Origin: Gammaproteobacteria bacterium
GTDB lineage: Bacteria > Pseudomonadota > Gammaproteobacteria > GCA-002705445 > GCA-002716945
Length of the DNA: 64,000 nucleotides
Assembly (NCBI GenBank): GCA_002716945.1
Contig: PBCF01000002.1
Location: 142,404-206,403 of the forward strand
Reading direction: 5' to 3'
Shown: piece after piece, positions 1-10,834 of the stretch
Layout of the letters: the number at the start of each line of letters is the position of its first letter
Position numbering within the stretch: the stretch's first letter is position 1
Translations under genes and position numbers: made by a program
Notes under the pieces: model-generated
Seen by the model: only the letters and a program-made list of their open reading frames with translations
Databases searched by the model: none
What the model was told of the DNA's origin: nothing

Positions 1-1836
1 AAAGTAGTAACAGACACAAAACCTATAGAAGATAAAGTTGATCCATCTTCTATTCATCAGTTTGAACGCCCAACAGAACCTGTTAAACGTGAGATAGAGG
101 TCTCTGATTCTATTACTGTTGGCGATCTTGCACAAAAAATGGCTGTTAAATCTTCTGATCTTATTAAAATTATGATGAAAATGGGTGTTATGGCGACTAT
201 CAATCAATCGTTGGATCAGGAAACTGCAATTTTAATAATTGAAGAGATGGGCCACATATCTGTGATTAAAGATGATGATATGCGTGACATAGAAAAATCA
301 ATTCAAATTAATGATTCTTCAGATGGGGAACCAAGGCCACCAATTGTAACCATTATGGGTCATGTTGATCATGGTAAAACATCTCTTTTAGATTATATAC
401 GAAAAACAAAAGTAGCCTCAACCGAAGCTGGTGGAATTACACAACATATTGGCGCATATAGAGTTAAAACATCACATGGAGAAATAACTTTTCTTGATAC
501 TCCTGGTCACGCTGCTTTTTCAGCTATGCGCGCTAGAGGTTCGCTGATAACTGACATTATTGTTTTAATTGTTTCTGCGGATGATGGAATGATGCCGCAA
601 ACTGAAGAAGCAATCGAACATGCCCAATCAGCTAAAGTTCCAATTATTGTTGCTATAAATAAGATAGATAAAGAAAATGCTGATCCAGAAAAAGTTCAAA
701 ATCAGTTGAGTAAAAAAAACATAATATCTGAAGATTGGGGAGGCGATACAATTTTTGTTAAAATTTCTGCAGCGACAGGCGAAGGTATAGATACATTATT
801 AGAATCAATCTCATTACAATCAGAAATATTAGAACTCAAAGCTACAAAATCTGCACCGGCGATTGGGTCAATTATAGAATCATCATTAGATAAAGGGCTT
901 GGATCAATAGCAACAATACTTATACAGAAAGGGACGTTAAAGAAAAAAGATTATGTGCTAGTTGGAAAAGAATTTGGAAGAATTAGAGCTATGTATAATG
1001 AATACAATAAAGAAGTTGATTTAGCCGAACCAGGACACCCCGTTGTTATTACTGGTCTTTCGGGAACTCCTGATGTTGGAGATCAATTAATGGTGATTGA
1101 AGATGAAAAGAGAGTCAAAGAAATTGCTTCTGCAAGGGAATCAAAACAGAAGGAAATAGAAATGCAATCTAAACAAAAGAACTTTAGCTTAGAAACATTT
1201 TCTCCAGATAATAAAAACAATAAAAAAGTGATTAATCTGCTTATTAAATCTGACGTTCAAGGCAGTGCAGAGGCGATAACACAAACTCTACAAAATATAA
1301 AAAACGACGATGTTGGTCTAGAAATTATTTACAGTGGCGTAGGTGGCATAAATGAATCAGATGTTAATTTAGCAATGAGTTCAGAATCTACAATTGTAGG
1401 ATTTAATGTAAGGGCAGACTCAAAGGCTAAAAAAATAATTGAAACAAACCAAATAAATTTACAATATTTTAGTGTAATTTATGATCTTATTGATCATATC
1501 AAACAAAAATTATCTGGATTACTCGAACCAGATATCAAAGAAGAGATCATTGGTGTTGCAGAAGTTAAAGATGTATTTAGATCTTCAAAATTAGGAGCCA
1601 TAGCCGGTTCAATTGTTACCGAAGGTATAGTACAAAAAAGTCAACCAATTAGAGTTTTGAGAGATAATATAGTTATATATGAAGGTGAACTAGAATCTTT
1701 AAGAAGATTTAAAGATGATGTTGCAGAAGTTAAAAGTGGAACAGAATGCGGGATTGGTGTTAAAGATTATAATGATATTAAATCTGGAGATCAAATAGAA
1801 GTATTTAAAAAAATAGAAATCAAAAGAACTATTTAA
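1..1836 (+). CDS. infB: Translation initiation factor IF-2 (5'-truncated by window edge)
   Basis: [19 protein letters not shown] and NKID GTPase motifs. The frame is open from position 1, so the ATG at 139 is internal. Confidence 0.98.
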   Translation, partial: KVVTDTKPIEDKVDPSSIHQFERPTEPVKREIEVSDSITVGDLAQKMAVKSSDLIKIMMKMGVMATINQSLDQETAILIIEEMGHISVIKDDDMRDIEKSIQINDSSDGEPRPPIVTIMGHVDHGKTSLLDYIRKTKVASTEAGGITQHIGAYRVKTSHGEITFLDTPGHAAFSAMRARGSLITDIIVLIVSADDGMMPQTEEAIEHAQSAKVPIIVAINKIDKENADPEKVQNQLSKKNIISEDWGGDTIFVKISAATGEGIDTLLESISLQSEILELKATKSAPAIGSIIESSLDKGLGSIATILIQKGTLKKKDYVLVGKEFGRIRAMYNEYNKEVDLAEPGHPVVITGLSGTPDVGDQLMVIEDEKRVKEIASARESKQKEIEMQSKQKNFSLETFSPDNKNNKKVINLLIKSDVQGSAEAITQTLQNIKNDDVGLEIIYSGVGGINESDVNLAMSSESTIVGFNVRADSKAKKIIETNQINLQYFSVIYDLIDHIKQKLSGLLEPDIKEEIIGVAEVKDVFRSSKLGAIAGSIVTEGIVQKSQPIRVLRDNIVIYEGELESLRRFKDDVAEVKSGTECGIGVKDYNDIKSGDQIEVFKKIEIKRTI

Positions 1837-1838
1837 AA

Positions 1839-2183
1839 ATGACTAATCGCATATATAAAATTCAAGATCTTTTGCACAAAGAAATTGCACAATTACTTTT
1901 AAAAGACATTCAAAACCCTATTCTTGATAGTTTTATTACTATTTCAGGTGTATCTGTGAGTAAAGACTTAAAAAACGCTGAAGTATTTTTCACTACATTA
2001 GATACAAAAAAGAGTAAAATTCAAGATGAATTAAATAAATCTAAAAATTTTATTAAGAAAGAATTATCAAAAAGAATTCATTTAAAAAGAGTACCAAATT
2101 TAAAATTTACATATGATAAAACAGCTGAATCTAGTCAAAAAATAGACAAGATAATAAAATCAGTTACTATTCCAGAAAAATAA
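1839..2183 (+). CDS. rbfA: 30S ribosome-binding factor A
   Basis: 114 aa with VSVSKDL..A.VF and RVPNLKF motifs; lies between infB and truB. Confidence 0.95.
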   Translation: MTNRIYKIQDLLHKEIAQLLLKDIQNPILDSFITISGVSVSKDLKNAEVFFTTLDTKKSKIQDELNKSKNFIKKELSKRIHLKRVPNLKFTYDKTAESSQKIDKIIKSVTIPEK

Positions 2184-2185
2184 AA

Positions 2186-2920
2186 ATGGATGGAATAATT
2201 TTTATAGACAAAGCTCCAAATATTACATCAAATCAAACTTTGAAACAGATCAGAAGAGAATTAAATCTTAAAAGTAAGTCAGGAATTGTTGGAATATTAG
2301 ATCCTTTAGCAACTGGCATGTTACCTATAGTTATAGGAAAAGCTACAAAACTTTCAAAACATATTGAATCATTTAAAAAAACTTACCACGTCAAATGTGA
2401 GTTAGGGAAAAAGAGTACTACAGGTGATTATGAAGGTATAATCACTCAATCTCATCTTGATAGTGGAAAAAAAATTCATGCAAATGACATTATAAATATA
2501 TTTAAAAAATTTTTAGGCAAACAAAATCAAATACCTCCAATGTATAGTGGTCTAAAAATTAATGGCAAAAAATTATATAAACTTGCAAGGCAAGGTATTG
2601 TTATACCAAGGAAACCTCGCAAAATCTTTATTTATGATTTAAAATATATTCAATTAGAAAATCTCTCGTTAGAGTTTGTGGTTACATGCTCAAAAGGAAC
2701 TTATATAAGAACCTTAGTTGAAGATATTTGTTCTAGCTTAGGAACATCAGGATATGTAACTTTCTTACGAAGAATTAAGGTTGGTTCATTTTCTGAAAAA
2801 AATATGATTACTATCAACAACTTGCCCAAAGTAATTAATATACAGTCAAATTATTTTTTTTGCCCAGAAGATATTTTAATATTAATACCTAATAATGGTT
2901 GTAATATTTCAAACTCATGA
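2186..2920 (+). CDS. truB: tRNA pseudouridine(55) synthase, short form without PUA domain
   Basis: LDPLATG, QIPPMYSG..ING..LY, CSKGTYIRTL motifs; synteny. Confidence 0.93.
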   Translation: MDGIIFIDKAPNITSNQTLKQIRRELNLKSKSGIVGILDPLATGMLPIVIGKATKLSKHIESFKKTYHVKCELGKKSTTGDYEGIITQSHLDSGKKIHANDIINIFKKFLGKQNQIPPMYSGLKINGKKLYKLARQGIVIPRKPRKIFIYDLKYIQLENLSLEFVVTCSKGTYIRTLVEDICSSLGTSGYVTFLRRIKVGSFSEKNMITINNLPKVINIQSNYFFCPEDILILIPNNGCNISNS

Positions 2921-2948
2921 TAGAATTCTTTCGTTAATGGAGAAAAAT

Positions 2949-3218
2949 ATGGCACTAGAAAATAATGCCAAAGTTGGTTTAGTAAAAAAACATGGTAAGA
3001 AAGAGTCGGATTGTGGTTCCAGCGAAGTTCAAATAGCACTACTTACAGAAAATATCAATAATTTAACTAATCATTTCACCAAGAATACAAAAGATTCTCA
3101 TTCTAAGAGAGGATTATTGAAAATGGTTATGAAAAGAAGATCTTTATTAAAATACCTTAAAAAGAAGAATATAACTAGTTACGAAAATCTTGTTAAAGAA
3201 TTAGGATTAAGAAAATAA
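2949..3218 (+). CDS. rpsO: 30S ribosomal protein S15
   Basis: GSSEVQIALLT and DSHSKRGLLKMV. ATG 2949 is preceded by GGAG and gives the canonical 89 aa; the track start at 2895 is too early. Confidence 0.97.
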   Translation: MALENNAKVGLVKKHGKKESDCGSSEVQIALLTENINNLTNHFTKNTKDSHSKRGLLKMVMKRRSLLKYLKKKNITSYENLVKELGLRK

Positions 3219-3221
3219 TTA

Positions 3222-5285
3222 ATGTTTAAAAAAATATTTCAAGTAGGCAATCAATCAGTCAAGATTGAGACAGGGGTTATAGCAAAGCAGACTGACGCGT
3301 CAGCAATGGTAGATATAGAGGGTACTGTAGTCCTTGCAACATTAGTCGCATCAAAAGAAGATACTGATAGAGATTTTTTTCCTCTTACCGTTAATTATAA
3401 TGAAAAAACTTATGCTGCAGGAAAAATACCTGGTGGTTTCTTCAAACGTGAAGGTAGACCTACAGAAAAAGAAACTCTTATAAGTAGATTAATAGATAGA
3501 CCTTTGAGACCACTCTTTGATTCATCATATACACGTGAAGTTCAGATAATCATAACATTATTATCTTTAAACCCTGATGTTGATGCAGAAGTTGCATCTT
3601 TGATAGCTGCTTCAACGGTTGTGAAATTATCAGGCTTGCCTTTTAATGGAACTCTTGGTGCTGTAAAAATTGGATATGATGGATCGGAATATCTTCTTAA
3701 TCCAAACTCTGAAACTTTAAAAAATTCAAAACTTGATTTAACAGTAGCAGGCACAGAAAATGCAGTCTTAATGGTTGAGTCCGAAGCAAAAGGATTGAGC
3801 GAAGAAGTAATGTTAGGCGCTGTCACTTATGGTCATGAAAATATGCAAGCTATAATTACCGCCATAAATGAATTATGTGAAGAAGCTCAAATTATAAAAT
3901 TAGATTGGAATCCGGAAGATATCGATATGAGCGAGTATGAGACATTTAAAAAGAAATACTCAAGTAAGATAACTGATGCTTATAAAATAACAAAAAAACA
4001 AGAAAGAAATTTAGCTTTATCTGCAATAAAAGAAGAAATCATACCAGATAATGAAGAAGATGAAGAAAAGATAAAAAAATTATTAAATTACTTAGAAAAA
4101 TTACAAAAAGAAATTGTTAGAAAAAAAGTATTAAATGGTGAAAAAAGAATAGATGGTCGTGACACAACTACAGTTCGTCCTATAAGTATAAATTTAGGAA
4201 TTTTACCAAGAACTCATGGGTCCGCATTATTTACACGTGGTGAAACACAAGCTTTAGTAGTAACAACACTTGGTACTGATAAAGATGCTCAAATAATAGA
4301 TTCTTTGACGGGCAAAATAGAAGATACATTAATTTTTCATTATAACTTCCCGCCTTATTCTGTTGGAGAAATTGGTATGATTGGTTCACCAAAAAGAAGA
4401 GAAATAGGACACGGTAAGTTAGCTAGAAGAGGAATACAAGCTGTTATTCCTACACAAGAACAATTTCCATACACTCTCAGAGTGGTTTCTGAAATAATGG
4501 AATCAAATGGTTCAAGTTCTATGGCCTCTGTATGTGGTTCAAGTTTATCATTAATGGATGCAGGAGTTCCAATCAGTGCTCCAGTTGCTGGAATTGCCAT
4601 GGGTCTTATTAAGGAAGACGATAATTTTGTTGTATTAACTGATATTCTTGGAGATGAAGATCATCTTGGAGATATGGATTTTAAAGTAGCTGGAACACAA
4701 GATGGTATAACAGCATTACAAATGGACATTAAAATTGATGGAATTACTACAGAAATAATGTCAAAAGCATTAGCTCAAGCTAAAGATGCAAGAATACATA
4801 TTCTTAACGAGATGAATAAAGCTATAGAAAAACCACGTGAACAAATGTCACAATTTGCTCCAAGGTATACGCATATGAAAATTGATTCATCCAAGATTGC
4901 AGAGGTCATTGGTAAAGGCGGAGCGGTCATCAGATCAATTGTTGAGGAAAGTGGAGCTGTGATTGATATAAATGATGACGGAGTTATTAAAATTGCTGCG
5001 AGCGATCAATCTAAAAGTGATCATGCTAAATCAATTATTGAAGAGATTACAGCTGGACCGCAAATTAATAAAGTTTATGAGGGAAAAGTTTCTAAAATTA
5101 TGGATTTCGGAGCATTTGTTAGTATTACTCCCAATAAAGATGGTTTAGTACATATATCTCAAATCAGCCAAGAACGTGTAGAAAACGTTCGAGATGTGTT
5201 ATCCGAAGGTGATGAAGTTAAAGTTAAAGTTTTAGATATTGACAGACAAGGAAGAGTTAAACTTACAATGAAAGATATTGACTAA
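3222..5285 (+). CDS. pnp: Polyribonucleotide nucleotidyltransferase (PNPase)
   Basis: [34 protein letters not shown]-terminal KH and S1 domains. Confidence 0.98.
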   Translation: MFKKIFQVGNQSVKIETGVIAKQTDASAMVDIEGTVVLATLVASKEDTDRDFFPLTVNYNEKTYAAGKIPGGFFKREGRPTEKETLISRLIDRPLRPLFDSSYTREVQIIITLLSLNPDVDAEVASLIAASTVVKLSGLPFNGTLGAVKIGYDGSEYLLNPNSETLKNSKLDLTVAGTENAVLMVESEAKGLSEEVMLGAVTYGHENMQAIITAINELCEEAQIIKLDWNPEDIDMSEYETFKKKYSSKITDAYKITKKQERNLALSAIKEEIIPDNEEDEEKIKKLLNYLEKLQKEIVRKKVLNGEKRIDGRDTTTVRPISINLGILPRTHGSALFTRGETQALVVTTLGTDKDAQIIDSLTGKIEDTLIFHYNFPPYSVGEIGMIGSPKRREIGHGKLARRGIQAVIPTQEQFPYTLRVVSEIMESNGSSSMASVCGSSLSLMDAGVPISAPVAGIAMGLIKEDDNFVVLTDILGDEDHLGDMDFKVAGTQDGITALQMDIKIDGITTEIMSKALAQAKDARIHILNEMNKAIEKPREQMSQFAPRYTHMKIDSSKIAEVIGKGGAVIRSIVEESGAVIDINDDGVIKIAASDQSKSDHAKSIIEEITAGPQINKVYEGKVSKIMDFGAFVSITPNKDGLVHISQISQERVENVRDVLSEGDEVKVKVLDIDRQGRVKLTMKDID

Positions 5286-6971
5286 TTAATCTGACATATG
5301 ATGCTTTTTAGCAACAGGACTAATTAGAAAATTTGAAATTAAAGCCACTCCAAGAAGTATAGCCATTAAAATCATTGTTGAGTTATAGACCGTTGTCGAA
5401 GGATCAGCTATCCCCTCTGGCGCAATTTCCATTAGTTTTGAAATAGTTACTGTTTTAGTTGCTACTAATTGATTAAAGTTTTCAATTCCAGAACCAAATG
5501 TTTCTTTAAACTTGACCGGATCAATTTGTGTTACTAATTCTTCCATTGCGTTATTTATAGAATTTGATCTTAGAGATGTTATTGCAAGAGGACCTAAAAT
5601 ACCTGCAGTACTCCATGCAGTCAAAAGCCTGCCATGAATACCACCAACATATCTGGTTCCAAAGATGTCAGCTAAGTATGCTGGTATGGTCGCGAACCCA
5701 CCACCATACATTGTAAAAATAATCATAGTCGCTGCATAAAAGTAAACCAATAATACAATATTTGGATTAACATTAACTTGTGATGCTGTGTACGGAATTG
5801 ATAGATATAAAATTATCCCCAAGATAAAGAATATATAATATGTATTTTTTCTACCTATATAGTCTGATGTGCTTGCCCAAAAAAATCGACCTATCATATT
5901 AAAAACACTTATCATTAAAACATAGGTTGCTGCGAATGCATTGTCTACAACACTTGGAAGAGCACTACTAAATATTTCTGTCATCATTGTTTTAGCAACC
6001 CCTAGAACCCCTATCCCTGCTGTGACATTAAAACATAGGACTATCCATAACATATAGAATTGAGGAGTCTTAAGTGCTTGATCAATATGAACATGATTTT
6101 TTGTAATTAACTTCTTTTCAAGATCAGAATCATCTGGTTTAGTCCAATTTTTTGGTTTCCAACCATCTGCTGGTATACGATATGAAAATGCAGCAATCGT
6201 CATTATTAGGAAATATATTATTCCAAGCGACATGAACGCAAAACCTATTCCCGTATCTCCAGTACCAACCAAATACACTCCAAGGTTTCCAGGCTGTATC
6301 ATATTCACAATATCATTACTTCCAACAACAACAACTTCTCGAATCACACCATTTATCTCAGTGTATCTAATTCCGTCAATTGTTTTTAAAATAACTTGAT
6401 CAACAGATCCTAAAAATTCTGGTGCATGGTAAAAGAAATCTATTAAAAATTCTTTCAAAGGAGCACCAATCATGGCGCCGCCACCAAAACCCATTATTGC
6501 CATACCTGCAGCCATACCACGTCTATCCGGAAACCATCTAATCAGCGTCGACACCGGTGAGACGTATCCTAACCCAAGTCCACAACCACCAAACACTCCA
6601 TATCCAAGATAAATTAACCATAACTGATGAGTGAATATACCAATACTGCCAATTAAAAACCCTCCACCCCAAAGGCATGCTGCAACAAAACCAACAAGTC
6701 TTGGCCCAACTTCTTCTAACCACTTACCAGCAAAGGCAGCTGCAAATCCAAGAGATACTATAGAGACAGAAAATATCCAAACAACTTCACTCAGCGTCCA
6801 ATCTTGAGATGCGCTTGTTACGACACCTAAGGACTTTATTAAAGCGGGATTAAATATACTCCAAGCATATACTGACCCTATGCACAAATGAATGGCAATA
6901 GATGCAGGAGGAACTAGCCATCTATTAAAATCTTTCCCAGCAATGATCCTTTCTTTTGAGAATATATTCAT
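5286..6971 (-). CDS. MFS transporter, oxalate:formate antiporter (OFA)/monocarboxylate family
   Basis: GSVYAWS, WFPDRRGMAAG..IMGFGGG, YGGGFATIPAYLADIFG; many hydrophobic helices. Confidence 0.85.
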   Translation of the reverse strand: MNIFSKERIIAGKDFNRWLVPPASIAIHLCIGSVYAWSIFNPALIKSLGVVTSASQDWTLSEVVWIFSVSIVSLGFAAAFAGKWLEEVGPRLVGFVAACLWGGGFLIGSIGIFTHQLWLIYLGYGVFGGCGLGLGYVSPVSTLIRWFPDRRGMAAGMAIMGFGGGAMIGAPLKEFLIDFFYHAPEFLGSVDQVILKTIDGIRYTEINGVIREVVVVGSNDIVNMIQPGNLGVYLVGTGDTGIGFAFMSLGIIYFLIMTIAAFSYRIPADGWKPKNWTKPDDSDLEKKLITKNHVHIDQALKTPQFYMLWIVLCFNVTAGIGVLGVAKTMMTEIFSSALPSVVDNAFAATYVLMISVFNMIGRFFWASTSDYIGRKNTYYIFFILGIILYLSIPYTASQVNVNPNIVLLVYFYAATMIIFTMYGGGFATIPAYLADIFGTRYVGGIHGRLLTAWSTAGILGPLAITSLRSNSINNAMEELVTQIDPVKFKETFGSGIENFNQLVATKTVTISKLMEIAPEGIADPSTTVYNSTMILMAILLGVALISNFLISPVAKKHHMSD

Positions 6972-6972
6972 T

Positions 6973-8928
6973 CTAATGTATGTCTTTTAATTGATTTAAA
7001 ATATTTTCATTTTCTAGAGTAGATGTGTCTCCAGAAATTTCTTCACCCCGAGCTACGTTTCGAAGAAGCCTTCTCATTATCTTTCCCGATCTAGTCTTTG
7101 GAAGGTTTGTTGAAAATGATATACGATCTGGTTTAGCTATAGAACCAATTTTTATTTTAACCCATTCTCTAAGTTCATCAGCAAATTGTTTTCCAGCATA
7201 TGATTTAAAATTATCTCGAAGAACAACAAATGAATGAATTGCTTCACCTTTAATATCATGCGGAAAACTAACAACAGCAGACTCTGCGACATATTTATGA
7301 GAGACAAGAGCAGATTCAATTTCCATTGTTCCTAGTCTGTGACCCGAAACATTAACCACATCATCTGATCTCCCCATAATCCAGACATTTCCATCTTTAT
7401 CTTTCCTAGCAGTATCACCGGTAATATAAAACCTGTTATCATATTTTTCCCAGTATGTTTTGATATATCTTTCTTCATCACCCCAAATACCCCTCAACAT
7501 AGATGGCCATGGTTTTTTGATAACTAGATTGCCACCTTGTTTTGTGTCTTTTACTTCATTTCCTTCAGAATCAACAACTCCAATTTCTATGCCTGGAAGT
7601 GGCTTTGTGCATGTTCCAGGAATAATTGGATATATTCCAGGAAGTGGAGCAATCATATTTGCCCCAGTTTCAGTTTGCCACCAAGTATCTACAATTGGAC
7701 AATTTTCTTTTCCAATAGTTTTATGGTACCAAATCCAAGCTTCTGGGTTAATTGGTTCACCAACAGTGCCTAATAACCTCAAAGAGTCTAATTTATGTCT
7801 TTTGGGTAATTCATCACCAAGTTTCATTAAAGTTCTGATTGCTGTTGGAGCTGTATAAAATACTGTCACCTGATTTTCGTCTATAATTTTCCAAAATCTA
7901 TCCCCATCAGGATATGTTGGTGCGCCATCATATATTAGAATAGTTGAACCAAGCGCAAGCGGCCCATACACAACATAGCTATGGCCAGTTATCCATCCTA
8001 TATCAGCAGTACACCAAAAAATATCATCATCTTTTAAATCAAAAACCCATTTATTAGTAAGCAAACAATTTAGTAGGTAGCCCGCCGAACTATGTATAAT
8101 TCCTTTAGGCTTTCCTGTTGATCCAGATGTATACAAAATAAATAATAAATCTTCTGCCATCATTTCTTCAGGAGTTATAATTTTATCATTTGTATCTATT
8201 ATTTTATCCCACCAAATATCCCTAGATTCATCAAAATTAATTTCTTCAGAAGAATTTTTGTATACTATACAGTGTTGGATAGAAGGACAACCCATAGCTA
8301 AAGCTCTATCAACCGTCTCCTTGGCTTGTATAAATTTTCCACCTCTTTTAAACGAATCTACGGTAATTACTACTTTTGCTGAACAATCATTTATTCTATC
8401 TTTCAGAGATTCAGATGAGAATCCTGCAAAAACAACCGAGTGGATTAGCCCTAATCGAGCACATGATAACATTGCTGTTATAGATTCTGGAATTGTAGGC
8501 ATGTATATAATAACTCTATCTTGTTTTTTTAAGCCAAGATTTTTTAAACCAGATGAAAATGAATTAACTTTTGAAAACAATTCATTGTAACTAAGAGAAT
8601 TAATTTGATTATCTTCAGAGACATGCTTAATTGCTATTTTGTCTTTTTTATCTGTCTCAATATGTCTATCTAAACAATTTGCAGAGATATTAAGAGTCCC
8701 ATCTTCAAACCATTTAAAAAAGGGAGATCTACCAGTACAGACACTAGTAAATTTTTTTATCCATGTTATTTCATTAACTGCTAATTCTTTCCAAAATAAA
8801 CTTGAATCTGTTTTGTATTTTTTTATTAATTTATCTAAAGTTCTACTATTAAGATTAGCTTGGTGTACAAACTCTTCCGAAGGTTTGAAAACTCTTTTTT
8901 CTTTAAGTTTTGATTCTATATTTTTCAT
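6973..8928 (-). CDS. acs: Acetyl-CoA synthetase
   Basis: YTSGSTGKPKG, DTWWQTETG, PKTRSGKIMRR. Confidence 0.96.
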   Translation of the reverse strand: MKNIESKLKEKRVFKPSEEFVHQANLNSRTLDKLIKKYKTDSSLFWKELAVNEITWIKKFTSVCTGRSPFFKWFEDGTLNISANCLDRHIETDKKDKIAIKHVSEDNQINSLSYNELFSKVNSFSSGLKNLGLKKQDRVIIYMPTIPESITAMLSCARLGLIHSVVFAGFSSESLKDRINDCSAKVVITVDSFKRGGKFIQAKETVDRALAMGCPSIQHCIVYKNSSEEINFDESRDIWWDKIIDTNDKIITPEEMMAEDLLFILYTSGSTGKPKGIIHSSAGYLLNCLLTNKWVFDLKDDDIFWCTADIGWITGHSYVVYGPLALGSTILIYDGAPTYPDGDRFWKIIDENQVTVFYTAPTAIRTLMKLGDELPKRHKLDSLRLLGTVGEPINPEAWIWYHKTIGKENCPIVDTWWQTETGANMIAPLPGIYPIIPGTCTKPLPGIEIGVVDSEGNEVKDTKQGGNLVIKKPWPSMLRGIWGDEERYIKTYWEKYDNRFYITGDTARKDKDGNVWIMGRSDDVVNVSGHRLGTMEIESALVSHKYVAESAVVSFPHDIKGEAIHSFVVLRDNFKSYAGKQFADELREWVKIKIGSIAKPDRISFSTNLPKTRSGKIMRRLLRNVARGEEISGDTSTLENENILNQLKDIH

Positions 8929-8944
8929 TTCGAATATACATCTT

Positions 8945-9391
8945 TTAGTCTATTCGAGTTTTTTCCATTCGTTCATGGCGTTCCTGCGCTTCAATAGATA
9001 ATGTAGCTATAGGACGAGCTTCCAGTCTTTTAATACCAATTGGCTCTCCTGTATCTTCACAAAAACCGTATGTTCCTTCTTCAATTCTTTGTAATGCTTG
9101 ATCAATTTTTAGAATAAGCTTTCTTTCTCTATCTCTAGTTCTCAATTCTAATCTAAACTCTTCTTCTTGAGTTGCCGCATCATTAGGATCTGATAATTTA
9201 GATGAATCTTGCTTCATGTGCTCAACAGTCTTATCAACTTCTTTCATCAACAACTTTTTCCATTCATAGAGAATAAACTTGAAGTGTTTAATTTGTTCTG
9301 GAGACATATATTCTTCACCTTTTGTGGCCTTGTATGGCTTAAAGTCAAGAAATTTAAATAGGTCTTTGTTTTTTGGAATCTTATTATTCAT
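8945..9391 (-). CDS. dksA: RNA polymerase-binding transcription factor DksA (single-Cys type)
   Basis: DPND coiled-coil tip, ELRTRDRERKLI, YGFCEDTGEPIG..RLEARP. Confidence 0.96.
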   Translation of the reverse strand: MNNKIPKNKDLFKFLDFKPYKATKGEEYMSPEQIKHFKFILYEWKKLLMKEVDKTVEHMKQDSSKLSDPNDAATQEEEFRLELRTRDRERKLILKIDQALQRIEEGTYGFCEDTGEPIGIKRLEARPIATLSIEAQERHERMEKTRID

Positions 9392-9440
9392 CTATAAATA
9401 GAATATTCTGCATGTTGACAGTTACTATATCAAGCTATTT

Positions 9441-10790
9441 TTATTTTTTTGTATCAATTTTTACTTTTCCGTCATAAAATTCAGCTGTAAAGGATGCCAC
9501 ATCCACTAAATCTATCTTTTTTTTAATAATTTCTCCATTTTGGTTTCGAATAATGGCGAATCCCTTTTTGAGTATTTTATTTGGACTCAGGTTTAATATT
9601 TCCTTTTTAAGACTATGAAAATTATTCTTGTTAATATTGTATTTGCTATCAAATTGCATCAGAAGGTTGTTTTTTAATGATATTTGATTTTGTTGCATTC
9701 CTTGAAACTTATTTTTAAGAAATTCAAAAAACAAGCTTAGATTCTTATCTATTACATTATAGATATTTAGTCGATTATTTAGAACATTTTTTAATTCATT
9801 AATAAGTTCTTTATTTTGATTATAATAATTAGATTTCATTTCATTAATTAATTTTTTAGGATTAAAATTTTCTATTTCCGATTTTATAGTCTGAGTTTTT
9901 AGTTTAAAACCCTGAAAAGTAATTTTAGTTTTTTCCTTTAAATGTAATTCGTATTCAATAAAGTTCTTTATCATATCATTTTTATCTGGTGTTATTTTTT
10001 CCGCCGCAGCTGTTGGCGTTTCGGCAGATATATCAGCAACATAATCTGCAATTGTTATATCAGGTTGATGTCCTATTCCTGTTACTATAGGAATATTTGA
10101 TTTATATATTGATCTTGCTAAATCTTCATCATTAAAACACATCAAATCTTCAAACGAACCTCCACCTCTAACAAGCATCAGAACATCGCAAATTTTATCA
10201 ATATTTGCATTATTTATTTGAGTAATAATATTTTGTGCAGCTTCATTACCTTGGACCAAAGTTGGATATATAAATACATTACTAATAGGAAAACGGTTTT
10301 TTAATCTAGATATAACATCTTGAAGAGCATCACTATCTTTTGATGTGATCACACCAATAGCCATTGGGAATTTATTAGGTATTAGTTTTTCTTCTTTTTC
10401 AAAGAGACCTTCATTTTCTAGTTTTTTTCTTATAGCTTCTACAATCTCTTTTAACCTTCCTTCACCATGCTCAACAATCTTAGAAACTATGATTTGACCA
10501 AAAGATGGTTTACCATACTTAGGGACATAATAATTAATATTACCAGTGATAATTACTTCTTTATTTTCATATTCTTTAATATTTTTTTCTCCAACCAAAC
10601 TTGCATATCTTATGCATTTTATTGATGATGATTCATCCTTCAGTTCAAAAAATTCATGACCATTTGCTGAGATGCTTACATCATTGATTTCACCAATTAC
10701 TGATACAGGATAGTCAAATGCTGCATCCATAACATCATGCAAGATATTATTAAGTTCTGTCACACTAATTGGCTTGTGAAGATTTTTCAT
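9441..10790 (-). CDS. xseA: Exodeoxyribonuclease VII large subunit
   Basis: RGGGSFEDL, GIGHQPD.TIAD.VAD, TPTAAAE; divergent from guaB as in many Gammaproteobacteria. Confidence 0.93.
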   Translation of the reverse strand: MKNLHKPISVTELNNILHDVMDAAFDYPVSVIGEINDVSISANGHEFFELKDESSSIKCIRYASLVGEKNIKEYENKEVIITGNINYYVPKYGKPSFGQIIVSKIVEHGEGRLKEIVEAIRKKLENEGLFEKEEKLIPNKFPMAIGVITSKDSDALQDVISRLKNRFPISNVFIYPTLVQGNEAAQNIITQINNANIDKICDVLMLVRGGGSFEDLMCFNDEDLARSIYKSNIPIVTGIGHQPDITIADYVADISAETPTAAAEKITPDKNDMIKNFIEYELHLKEKTKITFQGFKLKTQTIKSEIENFNPKKLINEMKSNYYNQNKELINELKNVLNNRLNIYNVIDKNLSLFFEFLKNKFQGMQQNQISLKNNLLMQFDSKYNINKNNFHSLKKEILNLSPNKILKKGFAIIRNQNGEIIKKKIDLVDVASFTAEFYDGKVKIDTKK

Positions 10791-10834
10791 ATATAAACTA
10801 TTTCCTATAATAACTTTAATATGTATAATATAGA

